From NCBI GenBank assembly GCA_029932605.1, contig JAOZPT010000013.1:1-50264 (forward strand): a DNA stretch of 50,264 nucleotides. The letters run 5' to 3'. This stretch comes from Candidatus Zixiibacteriota bacterium (GTDB taxonomy: Bacteria; Zixibacteria; MSB-5A5; UBA10806; 4484-95). Positions 47,644 to 50,264 of the stretch are shown here, one piece after another; positions within the stretch are counted from its first letter, which is position 1; each line of letters begins with the position of its first letter. The notes under the pieces were generated by a model that had not been told where the DNA came from, made no database searches, and was given only the letters and a program-made list of their open reading frames with translations. The position numbers and the translations under genes were made by a program.

Positions 47644-49110
47644 ATGGCTTTGAGAAGTTATGACGAGTATATCGACTCACTTAAAAGGATGAGACCAAAT
47701 ATCTATAAGTTCGATGAGCTTATCGAGGATGTCACCACTCATCCGGCCACCCGTTACACAGTGGAAGGGCATAGCAAATCATACCGTCTATATGATAATC
47801 CAGAAGAGAGAGAGATTTTTGTAACCACCTCACATTTAACTGGTGAAACCATTAGTCGATACCTTTCTATTATTAGAAGCCCCGAGGAGATGTATGCCAA
47901 CAGCCGAATGAAGCGGCGGATGTTTCAGTTGACCGGTACCTGTACCGGAGGGCGCTGTGTCGGTTGGACCTCTCTCAACTCGATGTTTGCCACAACATTC
48001 GAAATCGATGAAAAACTTGGCACCAATTACCATAAGAGATTTCTCGATTGGCTTAAAGATGCTCAATCCAGGGATATCACTATTGCTGGAGCTTTAACCG
48101 ATCCTAAAGGAGACAGGACTAAGCCCCCATCTATGCAGGATGACCCTGATTTGTCCTTGCGGATAGTAAAGAAACGTGATGATGGCATCATTGTCCGTGG
48201 TGCCAAGGTTATGATCTGCGGTGTAGCAGCAGCTAATGAGATATTTATCCTGCCGGGTTCAGGATACAAGGAGCCTGATAAGGATTATGCTGTATCCTTT
48301 GTCATACCCCGAGACATAGAGAACCTGACGATTGTTGAGACTCGCCATCCCAGTGACATGAGGGAATACGAAGAGGGATTTGATACACCGGTTAAAGAGG
48401 GTGGCATAACCCAGGCTTACCTGTTTTTCGAGGATGTTTTCATCCCTAAAGAAAGAGTTTTCATGGCAGGTGAATATCAGTTTTCTCTTAATGCGGTATT
48501 GTATTTTATAAGTGCTTATCGAGCTGCAATTGGTGGTTGCGTAGCCGGCCAGGGGGATATCAAAATAGGAGCGGCGGTTTTGACAGCTCGCACCAACGGC
48601 TTGCAATCGAGGGTATTCAACGAAAAAATCATCAGGATGCATATAAACAATGAGACCACGTTTGGTATGGGGATTGCAGCAGCAGCGCTGGGAAAGAAAC
48701 ACCCCTCGGGGGCCTGGCAGTGCGATATGCTCCTATCCAATGTCAATAAAGTCCATGTAGCTACTTTACCCTATGAGACATCACGGTTGGCTCAGGATAT
48801 TGCCGGGGGCATCGGCGAAACCGGCTGTATGCCGTCATACAAAGATTTCAAATCGTCAAAATACGGTAAACTTATACAAAAATATATGAAAGCTAAATAT
48901 TCCGCAGAATCACGTGCTCGTGCTGCTCGCCTGGTAGAATGGACGACCATCGGTGCCGGTGTGCCAGGTTGCATGCATGGCGGAGGTTCACCCGATGGCG
49001 CCAAACTGGTTATTCGATCCTTGGCCGAACTCGAAAAGAAAGTTGAAATGGCTAAAAAACTTGCCGGAATCACAGAGGATATCCCAGAGCCGGAGAAGAA
49101 AAAAAAGTAA
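47644..49110 (+). CDS. 4-hydroxybutyryl-CoA dehydratase / HpaB-family flavoprotein homolog (divergent)
   Basis: YIDSL, GALTDPKGDR, DGIIVRGAK, FEDVFIPKERVFMAGE, AQDIAGG and MHGGGSP. ATG 47644 follows GGGAG. Confidence 0.85.
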   Translation: MALRSYDEYIDSLKRMRPNIYKFDELIEDVTTHPATRYTVEGHSKSYRLYDNPEEREIFVTTSHLTGETISRYLSIIRSPEEMYANSRMKRRMFQLTGTCTGGRCVGWTSLNSMFATTFEIDEKLGTNYHKRFLDWLKDAQSRDITIAGALTDPKGDRTKPPSMQDDPDLSLRIVKKRDDGIIVRGAKVMICGVAAANEIFILPGSGYKEPDKDYAVSFVIPRDIENLTIVETRHPSDMREYEEGFDTPVKEGGITQAYLFFEDVFIPKERVFMAGEYQFSLNAVLYFISAYRAAIGGCVAGQGDIKIGAAVLTARTNGLQSRVFNEKIIRMHINNETTFGMGIAAAALGKKHPSGAWQCDMLLSNVNKVHVATLPYETSRLAQDIAGGIGETGCMPSYKDFKSSKYGKLIQKYMKAKYSAESRARAARLVEWTTIGAGVPGCMHGGGSPDGAKLVIRSLAELEKKVEMAKKLAGITEDIPEPEKKKK

Positions 49111-49218
49111 TATTTGCCAAAGCGGAGATTGAGAATTCAAAACATAGCAAAGAGCGCGATAGATGCGTTTTCCGGAAAGGTAAAATAATGTACCGTTATT
49201 TCGGGAATGTTACTCTGG

Positions 49219-49983
49219 TTATATGTTCTTTTTTGACTCTTCCCAGAGGGCATCCATCTCCTCAAGAGATGTATCAGCGGGGGTCTTACCATTTTGAGCA
49301 AGCTTTCTTTCTATAAACTGAAAGCGCTTAACGAATTTTTTGTTTGTGTTTTCTAACGCCTCCTCCGCTTGAAGACCTAGGTGACGGCTTAAGTTGACTA
49401 TCGAAAAAAGCAAATCACCCAGCTCGTAGTTCATGGCTTTTAAATCCTTCGAACGTAATGCGCTTTCAAATTCCCTGACTTCTTCTTTTAACTTTGATAT
49501 AACCTCGGCAGTATTTTCCCAATCAAAACCGAGGCGACCGACTTTCTCTTGAATCCGATAAGCCTTCAACAGTGCAGGTAATGACCTGGGAACACCATTT
49601 AAAACAGAATAATCCGCTTTATTATCTCTCTTAACCTCTTCCCATTGGTCGATAACCTGGGCAGCGGTTAATTTTCTCTTACTTTTAAAAACATGGGGAT
49701 GTCTCTTGATAAGTTTATCGGATATTTTACGGCAAACATCCTCGATATTAAATTCCCCTTTTTCATCGGCTATCTGAGCATGAAAAACCACCTGCAAAAG
49801 CAGGTCCCCTAGTTCGTCAGCAATCATATCTGGATTATTCTGGTCAATTGCCTCTAAAACTTCATAAGCTTCCTCTATCAGATACGGCCTCAATGACCGG
49901 TGATCTTGAGCTCTGTCCCAGGGACATCCTTTAGGTCCTCTTAAATGAGCCATAATATGAACTAGACGCTGAAATTGATTCAT
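49219..49983 (-). CDS. mazG: Nucleoside triphosphate pyrophosphohydrolase MazG
   Basis: LR.P.GCPWD..Q, EEAYEV, ELGDLLLQVVFHAQ, RHPHVF and a second ELGDLLF. Confidence 0.96.
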   Translation of the reverse strand: MNQFQRLVHIMAHLRGPKGCPWDRAQDHRSLRPYLIEEAYEVLEAIDQNNPDMIADELGDLLLQVVFHAQIADEKGEFNIEDVCRKISDKLIKRHPHVFKSKRKLTAAQVIDQWEEVKRDNKADYSVLNGVPRSLPALLKAYRIQEKVGRLGFDWENTAEVISKLKEEVREFESALRSKDLKAMNYELGDLLFSIVNLSRHLGLQAEEALENTNKKFVKRFQFIERKLAQNGKTPADTSLEEMDALWEESKKNI

Positions 49984-50094
49984 GGGTGCAAGCTATTTAA
50001 TGTAAGATTTTTTGTCAAGCTCATTCATGGATAGAAGAAGATGCTATTTTTAAGTAGGCATTGACTTTTTGATGATAGATATTATTATGGAAGT

Positions 50095-50183
50095 GGAGAG
50101 ATGTCCGAGCTGGCCTAAGGAGCACGCCTGGAGAGCGTGTAGCCCTCAAAAGGGGCTCCTGGGTTCGAATCCCAGTCTCTCCG
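50095..50183 (+). tRNA. tRNA-Ser (anticodon GGA), CCA not encoded
   Basis: Acceptor stem GGAGAGA/TCTCTCC with discriminator G, anticodon arm CACGC-CTGGAGA-GCGTG, a long variable arm and T-loop GGTTCGAATCC. Confidence 0.97.
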
Positions 50184-50264
50184 TTTTACTTTTTTCTAAT
50201 CATCTAATCAAAATGATGTAAATTTAATTGTGTAAAATTGTATTAGTTGAAATTTAGAAGGTTT

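Noticed and set aside
1..50264. CRISPR array, prophage, integrase or IS; island at tRNA-Ser
   Set aside because: No regularly spaced repeats and no phage, transposase or integrase motifs were seen. Only about 80 bp downstream of the tRNA is visible, so an island beyond the window cannot be excluded.

Overview
Gene-dense bacterial chromosomal window (about 40% GC by eye). A Cys-flanked twin-dockerin C-terminal domain and a PorV-like barrel suggest an FCB-group anaerobe such as a Zixibacteria-like lineage (inference). It holds two halves of a Wzy-type surface-glycan system. The first half (2.1-11.3 kb) has Wzz/GNVR, three GT4s, Wzy/ligase, a GT-C-like protein and a radical SAM/SPASM enzyme. The second half (39.5-46.2 kb, minus strand) has SLBB export, a priming phosphoglycosyltransferase (PGT), a response-regulator fusion and Wzi. 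The window also has a MacAB-type ABC exporter, an Fe-ADH, a GlmL-like ATPase / KamA-family / uncharacterised protein trio, housekeeping genes (ogt, mltG, ruvX, Nudix, dapF, argS, aroA, yraN, mazG), an AmmeMemoRadiSam B-A fusion, an M23 peptidase, a divergent AbfD-like flavo-Fe-S protein and tRNA-Ser(GGA). No CRISPR array, prophage or transposase was seen. Most notable: (1) a receiver domain fused to a catalytically empty copy of the neighbouring PGT's 4TM+Rossmann module, in a locus with sigma54- and sigma28-like promoters, which suggests phosphorylation control of glycan initiation; (2) a KamA protein with the Lys/Asn signature of glutamate 2,3-aminomutase, lying between an orphan GlmL-type ATPase and a candidate partner; (3) AroA and AbfD homologs with altered active sites; (4) recurring leaderless-transcript geometry. 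All homology calls come from motif recognition by eye, with no database searches.
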